Source of the DNA: Bugula neritina
Lineage: Eukaryota > Animalia > Bryozoa
Direction of reading: 5' to 3'
Assembly (NCBI GenBank): GCA_964035545.1
Contig: OZ037769.1
Location: forward strand, 11,438,633-11,502,632
Length of the DNA: 64,000 nt
Shown: positions 14,801 through 26,400 of the stretch, piece after piece
How positions within the stretch are numbered: position 1 is the stretch's first letter
Layout: each line of letters starts with the position of its first letter
Translations under genes and position numbers: made by a program
Notes under the pieces: generated by a model
The model's database searches: none
What the model saw: the letters and a program-made list of their open reading frames with translations, nothing else
What the model was told of the DNA's origin: nothing

Positions 14801-17800
14801 GATGCATCACTGTGAAAGAGAGACTTACTATTGTCTCTGATAAGGTGTACTCAAGAGTGACGTCATTACTAGTGCCATAGAGAGGCTCTGTTGGCATAGC
14901 AACACCATCCTCTCAACTTCATAGTGAGGTATTCCACCGCAGTTGAGCGGTTCTTGACAAAGGTAGAGGAAGAGTCCTATTTGTGGCAACTGAAACAGCA
15001 GACGTACAACACATGAACAGCTCTTTACATCGTACGAACAGTACTGACTGTAGTTGTACCAGTATATGTACACACACAACAACTACAGCAATAAGTGCAT
15101 GTTTCCCTAAGTTGTCAAGAACAAGCCTGCAAATAGCATCAGTATACTCTAAAGTCTAAGATCATTATATTATGTTCTCTCTAACAAGAGAGCCTTCAAT
15201 GACTCCATTTCACTCGGTTATTCAAACTAATTTAAAAAGGAAGCGACTCCGATGTAATTAATTAATAAAAGCATAGGAAATACGGCTACACATATGCACG
15301 GCTCTTTATTCACACAAATAAATGAGATAGTAGAGTGCTACACTAGACAGGACTAACACAACCCAACTAGTCAACATGTAGTCATTATACTCAACGCTGT
15401 CACTAACCTCCCAGGACGACAGCATCTGCTCTTTCTCTGAATCCGTGAAGAGAGACGCCTCCCAGCATGCCAGTTCCTACAGTATGGCAGCATATAGTAG
15501 TGTATAGTACAATACAGTACAGTATAGCAGCATATAGTAGTGTATAGTAGTGTATAGTAGAATACAGTACAGTATAACAGCATATAGTAATGTATAGTAG
15601 AATATAGTACAGTATAACAGCATATAGTAGTGTATAGTACAATACAGTACAGTATAACAGCATATAGTAGTGTATAGTAGAATACAGTACAGTATAGCAG
15701 CATATAGTAGTGTATAGTACAATACAGTACAGTATAGCAGCATATAGTAGTGTATAGTACAATACAGTACAGTATAGCAGCATATAGTAGTGTATAGTAC
15801 AATACAGTACAGTATAGCAGCATATAGTAGTGTATAGTACAATACAGTACAGTGTAGTAGCATATAGTAGTGTATAGTACAATACAGTACAGTATAACAG
15901 CATATAGTAGTGTATAGTACAATATAGTACAGTGTAGCAGCATATAGTAGTGTATAGTAGAATACAGTACAGTATAGCAGCATATAGTAGTGCATAGTAC
16001 AATACAGTACAGTATAGCAGCATATAGTAGTGTATAGTACAATACAGTACAGTATAGCAGCATATAGTAATGTATAGTACAATACAGTACAGTATAACAG
16101 CATATAGTAATGTATAGTAGAATACAGTACAGCAGGGATGGGCAAATGGCGGCCCGCGGGCCACATCAGGCCCTTCTATTGTTTTAATCAGGCCCTCAGC
16201 CAATCACTAGCAATTCTAATAATGTGTGTACTAAGCAACACTGGCCAATCATGAACATGACTAGTGAGAAGATTCTGGCCAATGCATAGCTGCTGAAACT
16301 AATGATCACGCTTCAGTGAGCACAATTATAGCAGCATTACAACTTGAGTTATGTGATATCCAGATCAATTTATCACTTTGCTGCAACAACAACAGTTAGC
16401 TTTTACACCCCACCAGTAACCAGTGAGAAGTACCCTTCAATAGCTAAACTTGGACTAAGAGTACTGAGCATATTTGGTTATACTTATAAATTTGAATGCA
16501 TGTTTTCTAGCATGAACCATATAAAAATAGTAATAGAACACAGCTAGCTCACCAATGAGCATCTGCAAGATTTGCTTTGAGTAGCCACACATGAACCCAT
16601 TGCTAGCAGTGACATTAGTGCTATTATGGCTAACAAAAGTGTTTTTCATACTTCTCACTAATTCCAGTACTATAAGTGTACCCAATATATTATTTGCTGC
16701 TTTCTTGCTTAGGAAACTATATACAACTTGTTGTTAAGTTAATAAACTGTCACATCTTTTGTATTCTGCATCTACAAGCTACATTCTGCAATTTATACTT
16801 TCAGCCCAGGAAACTGGAAAAAAGCAATTTATATATGCACTTAGTTATGCAGCATTGTAGGGGTAAGGGGGGGCACAACGGTCATAGGGGTACAAAAAGC
16901 CGGCCAATTTGTGAGAGAACTTATTAACTTAGAGTTGTGGTTTTTTTTTAATAAAAAGGTATTGACATAAATATTCAGCCATTGTAGTTTCAACACTTGC
17001 GGAGCATACATGTTGAAGAGGCAAGTCAAAAACTGTTTTTACTTACTTGTTTTTAAATTTTTGAAGATTTTAAAGCTTTATAACTTTTTACACTGAAAGG
17101 TAACAAGCCTAGAGTTTACTGATATTGTTGCCATTGCTTGTCTCTACATTGCTTAACTAGTAAAACAGCAAACTCTAAAATATATTTTCCTTTAGCCACA
17201 TTTATTTTAAACTTGGCCACATGGGGCGCAATGGGCCACGCTGACCGGGGCACAATGGGCCACCTGATCATTGCACCCTGAGCACTGTTATTAGTTTGTT
17301 TGCCCAAAGAGTTAGATGAAATGTTACTAAAATCTATAGATATAGCCATTTCTGACCTTTTTGTAAAATATCAAAAGATATCATGCTAAGACTACCAAAC
17401 TACAAGTTGAAGCTCCCCTAACATATACGTCTGGTGAGGTTATAACTTCACCATTTTATACATAATACAAAACACTCTGTTGTTGCTACTAGTGGATAGT
17501 AATGATAATCATTATATATTATATCATTGAGGGAATATACATGTATTTGACTAAAATAAATTGCGATTTGCTCATTTCCTCCCCCCTCCCATTCCGTGCT
17601 TCAGTCACAAACCTCAGCCATGCACCTTAGTTACAGTTCATAGAAAAAAGTCCACTCGGAATTTTGTAGTACATGTTACTGATGAAAGTTCCTGTGAAGT
17701 GAAAATAAGAAAACATTTTTAGTTCTAAACAGTAATTATAATGACACCATAGAACTGAGTGATGCGTTTGATTTTCCTTTCCCCTGCTACCCGTGGTGGC

Positions 17801-20800
17801 ACAAACTGTACAGCTAAAACATGATTTTTGCTTTAGATCTGAAAGAATATTTTTATTCATTTGTAATATTTAATAAATAAAGATCAGATGCAACTAAATC
17901 AGCAAAGTTTCAATATATGTGTTGTGTCCCACCCAGTGGCCCATTGTACCCCAGTACCGAGTACAATGGGCCAATTGTTTTTACATGAAAATTTCCTTAT
18001 TCTGAAAGTTGTGAAAGAGATAGAAACAACCAACTGATGCCTATAACAGACAACAGATGCAGGATTTAGACTAGAGATTATTGAACTAGTAACTTGAAAA
18101 GCAGACAAATGAGAGCGAAAAATTCAAAATTCGGCTTGTTGTGCCCCCCCCTCCCGTTACCCCTGTACCTTGAATTTACAACAAACAAACCTGGCCCTTC
18201 TTATGCCCCAAATCTTGAGATCTGGCCCCATTTCGAAAACATTTGCCCATCCCTGCAGTACAGTATAGCAGCATATAGTAGTGTATAGTACAATACAGTA
18301 CAGTATAGCAGCATATAGTAGTGTATAGTACAATACAGTACAGTATAGCAGCATATAGTAGTGTATAGTACAATACAGTACAGTGTAGTAGCATATAGTA
18401 GTGTATAGTACAATACAGTACAGTATAACAGCATATAGTAGTGTATAGTACAATACAGTACAGTATAGCAGCATATAGTAGTGTATAGTACAATACAGTA
18501 CAGTATGGCAGCATATAGTAGTGTATAATACAATACAGTACAGTATAACAGCATATAGTAGTGTATAGTACAATACAGTACAGTATAACAGCATATAGTA
18601 GTGTATAGTACAATACAGTACAGTATAGCAGCATATAGTAGTGTATAGTACAATACAGTACAGTGTAGCAGCATCACTCAGATTATTGGGTCTAACAAAA
18701 AATAATGGTTGTTTATGAGGCAAAGCGTAAATTAAACTGAACACACGTGTTTACGTTCTTCTCGTTCTTTCTCTCTCAGCGCTATCTGCTGTTTCCTACT
18801 TTCCCGGTCCTTTTCCTTCATCTCCTCCTTCAGTGCAAGAATGAGGTTAGAAGTGAAAGACCGAGAGTTCCTTTTGGGCTTTGTTTGAGTGGCCAAAGAG
18901 GATGTGACATCACTCAGTGCAGACGGATGAGTCATCTCTATGGTTGTCATGTCTTGATATTTCCTTTGAACAAGAACATCTAGTCATCAGAAAACTACTG
19001 ACAATAGGTACACATGTATGTGTGAACTTCTAACAAGTTTACATGGCGCTACATACATACAACGACGTACAGAGAGCATAGTGATTTCTTTCTCACATAC
19101 AGAGCAAGTGTCCTTTAGGTTACAGTATATTTCGTATGCTACAGAATAGTATGCTAGATATATTACACCACCTGGTGATATCAAACCATCTGGTGCAGGG
19201 ATGGGCAACTTCTTTTGCTCGAGGGCCAAGTGTAGAAATCAGCCAAATCGAAGGGCCACACGGTTGTACACACAATACATTTTATTATAATAAAGTAGTT
19301 TGTCACCAAACCTATGCTGTGCTAATTAGAATAACAATGACAGTTTTTACTTAGGTATCTTAAGCAATAAAAGGGCCACTGAAAAATGGGCAAAGAGCCA
19401 CAAGTGGCCCTGGGGCCTCCAGTTGCCCACCCCTGACCTGGTGACACCACACCATTAAGTGACATCACACCACTTGGGGACATCAAACCACCTGGTGACA
19501 TCACACCACCTGGTGACATCACAGCACTTGGTGACATCACACCACCTGGTGACATCACACCACCTGGTGACATCACACCATTAAGTGACATCACAGCACT
19601 TGGTGACATCACACCACCTGCTGACATCACACCACTTGGTGATATCACACCACCTGGTGACATCACACCACCTGGTAACATCACATAACACATAATTCTT
19701 CATACTCACTTTTACCACTGACTCTAATACCACCAATATAAAACAAATAACATGTGTATCAATCTGTACCGTTTAAGAAGTGCCAGCTTCTGCTCCAGCA
19801 TGGTCTCAAACTTCTGAATCTTCTTCACTACTGAGTGTTCTGGTCCAAAATACCTGATAGATCTCTCCAGCATCACACGGAAATCTCGCACAAAGTCGGT
19901 GAGAGTAGTGTACTCGGAGTTTTCAAACTTGCGCTGAATTATGGGTAACGTGAGAGGAGGGAGTTGAGGGTTCATAAGTACAGGATTCACAGGGGTGGAG
20001 CCCAAGTCAGTCATGAATATAGTATTCACTGACCTACAGCTTGTCATGGAAAGCTCTTTAAGGACACGGTATCCTACAAGACATTGCAATAGATACACAG
20101 CTTTGTGGGATGAAAAGAAAAGTTCACCATGAAAAACAAAATGTTGATATAATTCCAAGAGCAAAACATTCTACAGCAATAAAAAAAGCATACTACTGTG
20201 AAATTAAATCACTTTTGATTGACTTCCATCTTTTCATAGAGATTTATATCAACTTATTGATATAAATCTAATATAAAGTTAATATATATTAATTTTTTAC
20301 AAATTTTTTCAACTATCAACTGTGACTGAACAAGTTTTTATACTTCAAGTTTAACTGAATAGCTTACTAGCTAGTCTAGAAGATAATTTCAAAAAGGAAT
20401 GTTGCTAAGATTAGACTAAATAGGCTTCCTAAACGAAGGTCAAGAAAGGAGATCTATTTTAGACCTAATAAAGACAAAGCAAGGAGAGCTACGCACCATG
20501 TCTGAGATCATCGGATACAGGAAGTCCTGTTCTAACATCACACAAGTTTTTGTGAAAAGGAAACTTCCTCACAGAGTGTTCGGGTGTTTGACTGAGATCA
20601 TTAGAGTCACTAGATGTATCATCATGAGTGAAGAGGTTGAGGGTTCCACTCACATGTTGGAGTGTAGAGGTCAATTGTATTCCATTTTTATTGATTACAT
20701 TATCCTAGAGTGCCAATATTAAAAGGTTATTACTGATCAAACTCAATGTTTCTGATAGGAAAAACTAGTTCTTCACAAAATAATTGATCTCACTAACCTA

Positions 20801-21205
20801 TTTGTAGTACAATTTGCTCATGTATTGCTACTATAAGAGACACCAGAACTATATTGCTTATTTGTATGTAATGGCCTCATACCAAAAAAATGCAGAAATC
20901 ATCACAGCTATAGGACTGTCATTTGCCAATAGTTGGCTAAAATTACTTTCATAACTAGAGTTGATAAAACGATACAAAATATCAAGCAATTTGTTGAACT
21001 CTCTAGTTTTATGGTTATAGGATTGAATAATTAATTCGAATGGTAATCCCTTCAAACTAACCACGCCAGTGTCAGCATTGCTCTCCATTTCACCATCTAC
21101 ATCTATGATGTCAGACTGTGACAGACACTGGTCAGAATTTCCATTACTACAGGATACTGCTTCATCAACTTCAGTTGAAGCACTCCTTGTGGCCATTTTG
21201 CTCAT
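5830..21205 (-). CDS. BRD10: BRD10/KIAA2026-like bromodomain-containing protein, about 17 coding exons
   Basis: Bromodomain-like exon ~20093-19770 (GYRVLKEL..IQRKFENSEYTTLTDFVRDFRVMLE..RYFGPEH..FETMLEQKLALL). It is followed by ..SSWE|LPQIGLFLYLCQEPL..YEVERMVLL..MTSLLSTPYQRQ, PPMPYEVWNAKL..WY..RNPL..FHELSFYQRIWIIKSLCD, a YLHFPQFCGDHLRIY exon (~13643-13443), YRLICQSVEDLRELAQQF, LLSELTPWE, and a long S/T/V-rich tail (7610-6196). Last exon 5948-5830. The start codon is tentative. Confidence 0.85.
8428..8617. repeat. 27-bp intronic minisatellite (~7 copies) containing the splice donor
   Basis: Minus-strand unit CAGGTAACAGTGTGTTGTGTTGGTATA. The first unit is the real CAG|GTAACA donor at 8614. Confidence 0.9.
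9641..9936. repeat. 19-bp minisatellite (~15 copies) filling a BRD10 intron
   Basis: Unit AGTTATACTATGACTATAC. Confidence 0.95.
12122..12260. repeat. 46-bp tandem repeat, 3 copies
   Basis: ATGAGGyAkGTAT..GTGTGTAATTAA..GTACTAACATCA starting at 12123, 12169 and 12215. Confidence 0.85.
12841..13230. mobile_element. MITE-like non-autonomous DNA element, possibly PIF/Harbinger type
   Basis: Imperfect terminal inverted repeats: TTAAAAGCCTGGTCTCACGCTCGAGAG at the left end versus TTAAAGGCCTTGCCACACACTCGTGAG (reverse complement of the right end). Subterminal AAAACACAAA / TTTGTGTTTT; both ends bounded by TTAA/TAA. Confidence 0.6.
14241..14455. repeat. 20-bp minisatellite made of two 10-bp subunits (~10 copies)
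   Basis: Unit GAATGTGACAGAGTAGGACA. Confidence 0.95.
15479..16132. repeat. 40-bp minisatellite, left block (~16 copies)
   Basis: Unit AGTATAGCAGCATATAGTAGTGTATAGTACAATACAGTAC. It runs directly into the BRD10 acceptor at ~15477. Confidence 0.97.
16133..18255 (+). mobile_element. Internally deleted hAT DNA transposon with a transposase C-terminal remnant
   Basis: TIRs CAGGGATGGGCAAA(T)...(A)TTTGCCCATCCCTG and a perfect 8-bp TSD CAGTACAG (16125-16132 / 18256-18263). Subterminal GGCCC motifs. 16430-16590 encodes YPSIAKLGLRVLSIFGYTYKFECMFSSMNHIK..LTNEHL, resembling the hAT dimerisation domain, with a frameshift or stop. Confidence 0.92.
16860..18163. mobile_element. Non-autonomous TIR element nested in the hAT element
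   Basis: Ends GGGGTAAGGGGGGGCACAAC...GTTGTGCCCCCCCCTCCCGTTACCCC, flanked by TGTA on both sides (16856-16859 / 18164-18167). Internal GGGGyrCAATGGGCCAC motifs in direct and inverted orientation (~17223, ~17247, ~17936). Confidence 0.75.
18256..18673. repeat. 40-bp minisatellite, right block (~10 copies)
   Basis: Same unit as 15479-16132, continuing in register after the TSD. Confidence 0.97.
19163..19686. repeat. 18-bp minisatellite interrupted by the hAT MITE
   Basis: Unit CACCTGGTGACATCACAC, ~2 copies left and ~14 copies right of the MITE. Confidence 0.93.
19196..19435. mobile_element. 240-bp hAT MITE
   Basis: TIRs CAGGGATGGGCAACT...AGTTGCCCACCCCTG, 8-bp TSD ATCTGGTG/ACCTGGTG (1 mismatch), and GGGCC subterminal motifs. 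Confidence 0.88.
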
Positions 21206-24200
21206 CGTCACTCATTTGTTACCATGGATACTCAAACTACAGCTACAAATACAACTAGTCACTAGTGAATGCCGAAATGTCCCATAATCAGTCAGTGTAA
21301 AGTACTTTAAAAACAACCTACATTCAACACTAATGAAAGTCAGGCAATAAATAATGAGACTGTAGCCATAACGTTAGTTAAATCCCTCATTTTTATTCAA
21401 CGGAAGTAATGAGAAATCAAGTATAACAAGACCCTAGTTTTTATTCTACATAATATCTTATTTTCAACATACATACACAGACCATCTTTCTATGAGCTTT
21501 CAAAATTTTTAGTTCGGCTAGAAACCTAAATTGCTTTGTAATTTTTAAAAATCTACTTTTCAGATACTCATTGAGTGAACCAAATAAGTGGAAATCTCAA
21601 GGAGCCAAATTTAAACTGTAGGATTTAACTTTATCAATTATAACTGTTATAAACAAATGATAAATAAGTCTAACATTAACAAATCAGCTCATGGAGAATA
21701 AAAAGTATTGGTCACACGCTTTTGAATGCTACAGCATTAATATCTATTTTAAAAGAAAAGATGTCTTTTTTAAAACTGAGTGTAGTCTTATATGAGAATT
21801 TTACAACATTACAGATATCTTATTTAGCCTTGATTGTACTGTGGTATTTTATTCGAAATTCATTAGTTGAATTATGAAGATTACGAGGTTGTACTAAACT
21901 TGTTGAGCAATAAAATAGGCTTGCATGGTATTCGTGTTTCGCTGATGCAGCTGAATATGTAGTTGCTTTGTATTTTTACTTATTTATTAGTTATTAAATA
22001 GTTGTAACCAAAATGAAATTATTTTAGACACAAAAATCTTTAAACAAAAATAGATTATTTTTTAAAGTCTATGAATTTTAAATAGCTTGGTGCAATGCTA
22101 GCAAAACTAACTGAAGTAGGAACGCAAGAATTCAAACTTTAATATTTAAATTGTAGGCCTAAATAGGTTTGAGAACAAATAGAGCATTTAAGTTGAATGT
22201 GAAATGTCACACAAAATACAACGAGGCAAAATATACTTACTCAGAGTACTAATTAGCTGTAACACTAATACCAAGCACAGGAGTAAGATTACTTCATTCA
22301 CTATGGGTATGTTAAATTATTACATATTAATATTGATATAAATAAATATGGATTGTTGATACCGAATGGTATCAGAGTGAATATGTAAAGGACAAAGAAA
22401 TAGTTCAGTTGTATTTATAATAATTATAGTGTTAGTAGAACTAAGAAAAAATAACCATTAATTTAAAACATAAATGAGTAACGTTGCGGCTTACGATCAC
22501 CACCACCTTGACCATTGTCTATTGGTGATACTGACTGGACCAGTCATCAATGATTAAATTTAATAATTTCATAAATTTAATGAACTTAAACTCATTGATA
22601 ATAATAGCAATTTTAAAACTAAAAATAAGAATACGTCTAACTCTAAATCTAAGCAAAGTAATCTAACTGAGCAACTAAAACTCAAGCTATTGATATGGCT
22701 ATCACTGTATCAGTAGAAGTATGAGTATCAACTTCACGCCGTCAGTCAACTGGTAAAGTACGACAGTAATGTTAATAGTATTACTAATAAACATAGTAAT
22801 AGTTATAGTAAAATTAAATGTCAATGCAATATTTACACTTACACTTACAGCAATCACTAAAAGTAAAAGTAAATGCAATTAACTTTAAGTAATTCTCAGT
22901 CTGTAAAAGTAATACTAATTGACTAATCCGTAATCGTAGTCATAGTGATATTATAGTAGATTAGCCATTTAATCTTACAATTACTTTGAAGTTTTACTTC
23001 TAGCCTTTAACTTTAACAGTTGAAGTTTAACTTTTACTTTTACTTTAGCCTTAGCCCTTAGGCTTAGGTGTGAAAAAATAAAAAAAATTACACTTACACT
23101 TACAGCCTACAGGAAACATGAAAGCAAAAATTAAAGCTATTAATTATTTTACAATTTAAAGACTCATTCAAACTTTAACAAAATAAAAATAACTTGGAAA
23201 TAATACACTTGGCCTTGCAGTTACAAAATGAGAAATACTTGTTCATATTTACATTTAATTTTATAAAAGTTGAAGACAAAGTGAAAGTCACAAGTACTGA
23301 AAAGATAGCAATACAGCAAGCAAATTAAACAAACTGAATCGCTGTCTTTCTACAGATTAACCCTGGCAATATACCGAAATATATCTGTTGAAAAGCGGTA
23401 GCTATTCGTAAATTTAAATCACTGTTTTGAAGCCCAAGGTCTGCAAGGAGCTTTTCCATTTACATAAAGTTTAACATAAACTTATTGGGCTTTGCTTTAT
23501 TTTCCTTTTGAAATGTTACTTTAAGTTTATGACATTCCACTTCTTCCAAGTTCTCATTACCTTCCTCGATGGAGGACTCTCTTAAATAAATGCTTATGGC
23601 ATTGCAATCTCAACCACTATGACTATTATTATTAATATTATCATGATGATCACTATGACTATGATGATGATGATGATGATCTAATTTTAAAATTAAATGA
23701 AAATGGAAATGCTCAAAATCATTTTCATTTTGATTTACAATAAAATATTGGTTAAATTTAATGTAATAAAATCACAAATCGCTGTACTTGTAAAAGTAAT
23801 GCTAGTACTAGTAGTAATAATCATAATGAGTTTTTATTTGTTATATTTAAATTACTAAATCTAATACTATTACTATTAGTATTACTATTACTATTAGTAT
23901 TAGTAATAAATAAATATAAACTTATAGTTTAGTTATACTAATACTTATGCTTACACTTACAGTTCGAGTAAATGCAATACTAATAGTAATACTTATACTA
24001 ATAGTTTTAGTAACAATAATAATAAATCATAAATGTAATAGTAATACTAATACTAGTACTAATACTAATACTAATAGTAATAGTAAATATTATAGTAATG
24101 TTAATACAAATAGTTATTGCTAAGGCTAATAAATTAAAATAGTGATACTAATAGTAATTAATAATTAGTAATTAGTATTGGGTATTAGTGTAATGGCTGT

Positions 24201-24294
24201 GGATGTGCGTGTTACTTCCCAACCATTAGGTATACAGACACTTTCGTATAAAGCAAGACTGTGTCATAGTCAAAATGTATTATGCCATTATCTT

Positions 24295-24676
24295 TGTTAC
24301 GTTCAGGCTAACCTTGCGAAATGCCGCACTTCTGCGGTGTTGACGCAAGGTACCGTGCCAGCCGCCGCGGTCCCCACTGACGGAACCCACCAGCCAATCA
24401 AATAACACTTCCCCTTTATAAGAAGCGCCTTCCGGCGCCCAGCCTCATTCTACATGTAGATATAGAGTAAAGCTAACTATCTTGTATCGAACTCTGACTT
24501 ATATTCTCCCTTTTTGACGTGATGTAAACTTTTTTTGTAATGAGTGTTGTAAATATAATTGTTCTTCTAAATTTAACATCTACTTGGTTCTCTTCACAAA
24601 CCTCCTAGCCAGGCTATGAACTAGCAGGCTGAGCACACAATAAACCACACCTGTAGTAGTCAGCTAAACTACAACA
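24295..24676 (+). mobile_element. Probable solo LTR (~380 bp)
   Basis: TGTT...AACA termini with an imperfect inverted repeat (TGTTACGTTCAG versus TGTTGTAGTTTAG). GC/CpG-rich 5' part, CCAAT (~24394), TTTATAA (~24415) and AATAAA (~24638). No clean TSD seen. Confidence 0.55.
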
Positions 24677-24939
24677 TTAAACAGTTAGACTTAGTATTAC
24701 TAAAACATAAGTATAAGTTATTATTTTTACTCATACTGATAGTAATACTCATAATGTGGTGATATCCATACTAACAGTAACACTTTTGGCTTTGCCATAA
24801 CCCATAGGCATAGTAAAGCTAAAACCCAAAATAGTGAAAGCTTGAGACTCTGTAATTAATAAATTACTATTAACTTTTATTATTACTAGACTTGTCACTG
24901 AAGGCGAAAATCTTTTTAAATTCATAGTTATACTGCTAA

Positions 24940-25110
24940 AATCTAGGAGACGAAATCACCAGGTTGCATTACTACACAAAGTTCTAGAAAATGACGCCTG
25001 TAATAAAACTCTATCTTCTAGCTGTGATGATATTGTTCACAACTGGTCAACCACAACTATGATCACCAGGGCAGTTGGCCTCAACGATTAGTGTTTGCCA
25101 CAGCAGTTTT
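24940..25110 (+). mobile_element. Degenerate LINE 3'-end fragment
   Basis: Encodes RRRNHQVALLHKVLE..LSSSCDDI, resembling the tail of the LINE fragment at 25870-25950. Confidence 0.4.
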
Positions 25111-25517
25111 ATTCAAAAAATACAATATTTTAGAATAAATGCTCCTAAGTAACAATGAATCAGTGATATGCTGATTCACTGACATCCTCACTTTAACATC
25201 GTGTTATAAATGAGGCATTTAACTTGCACATTTTATGTGAACTATATGTTCTACCAGCACAGAGTGAGACCTAGTGTTACTATTACTATTGATGTTACTG
25301 CAGCTGTAGCAATTGCTGTTGACAATATTATACAAAATAAAAATGTTATGCTGTCTTGACTGCTCAGCCTCATGTGTCTTATTTGCTCATGACACTGATT
25401 CTTGTCTACCAAAATTTCCACGAAACCTAGATTTATTGTATTTAGTGCTTGGTCAGACAAGTGGAGCATGTCAATTAATGGCTTTAATAGCAAAATCATA
25501 AGTTTTAGTTCAGGTAA

Positions 25518-26100
25518 ATGTTAAAGGGATCAGTCCTAAATTATGTAGACATCACAAGATTCCCGAATGTCTCACTACAGTCAGACTCCTGTTTCAATAA
25601 ACTTATATCAAAGAAAATGATAAATGCTAGAAAACATTTGCGTATGGTTAAGAGAGTTCTCTACCGGGCCTGTGAACGAGTCTTGTTGATTGTGTACAAG
25701 GCATTGTGTCTACCACACCTTGAGTATACTAGCGAAACTCAGAACCCAATCTGCAAGAAGAATATTTCTGGTTTAGAAAGGATACAAGTGAATGCTGTAA
25801 GCTTCATAACCAATATCAAAGGTTACAAAGATGTTGAGAGCTGCCTGCAGCCTTTTGAACAGAGAGAAAAGTATAGACGCTTTAGTCTCCTAAAGATTTT
25901 TTTAAAGGAGGAATAACATCTAGCTCTGATTATGATGATCTGCTGAATAAGCTAATTGCAAGCACTGTACAGACTCGCTACTAAGCAAGGAGACAGCCTT
26001 GATCTGTGATGGCCCACTGTACCAATTGTTTAGACAGCTTTTTCCCCAAACTATCACAGACCTGATGGTTGAACACAAACCCTGCAATAGTTTAAAGCTA
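25518..26100 (+). mobile_element. 5'-truncated, degenerate non-LTR retrotransposon (region after the RT domain, CR1/L2-group-like)
   Basis: YKALCLPHLEY..NP..KKNISGLERIQ..AVSFIT..L..RE..R..LLKI, the typical LINE ORF2 C-terminal motif series, with stops. Confidence 0.75.
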
Positions 26101-26199
26101 GAGCGGTTCGGGGCAGAATCTCCACATAGACAGAATTAAAGTGCTTTTTCAGTTAATACAGCTAAACTAGTATTAACTGCATCTCTTTTGTAGTCAGTC

Positions 26200-26400
26200 G
26201 ATGTGATTAAGACTGTTTTATGGATTTGGCTTGAATTTGGTTGCAGCTCTCCACACAACTCTGTTTTCCACCGTCTGTTGCCGGGAACTCAAGTTGATTG
26301 ATCTCCATAAATTTCATATTTCTCTTAGCAACATCTTTAAATCCGAGTCTATGCCTCCCTCTATTTCTTTTCTGCCATTCAACTAAGGGTAAAGCAGTTG
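26200..26400 (-). mobile_element. RTE-clade LINE 3'-end remnant
   Basis: RNRGRHRLGFKDVAKRNMKFMEIN resembles the GRP.LRFKD..KRDLK motif of RTE ORF2 C-termini. Confidence 0.6.

Noticed and set aside
15371-18744. Long Y/C/L/T-rich ORFs (15371-16203, 18157-18744)
   Set aside because: Stop-free translations of the 40-bp minisatellite in all three minus frames, lying inside a BRD10 intron.
19322-19693. VMSPGG-repeat ORF resembling a Pol II CTD-like tail
   Set aside because: Translation of the 18-bp intronic array running into a MITE, with no supporting splice context.
24300-24450. rRNA gene or NUMT
   Set aside because: Similarity is limited to 17 nt, so it is reported only as a curiosity.
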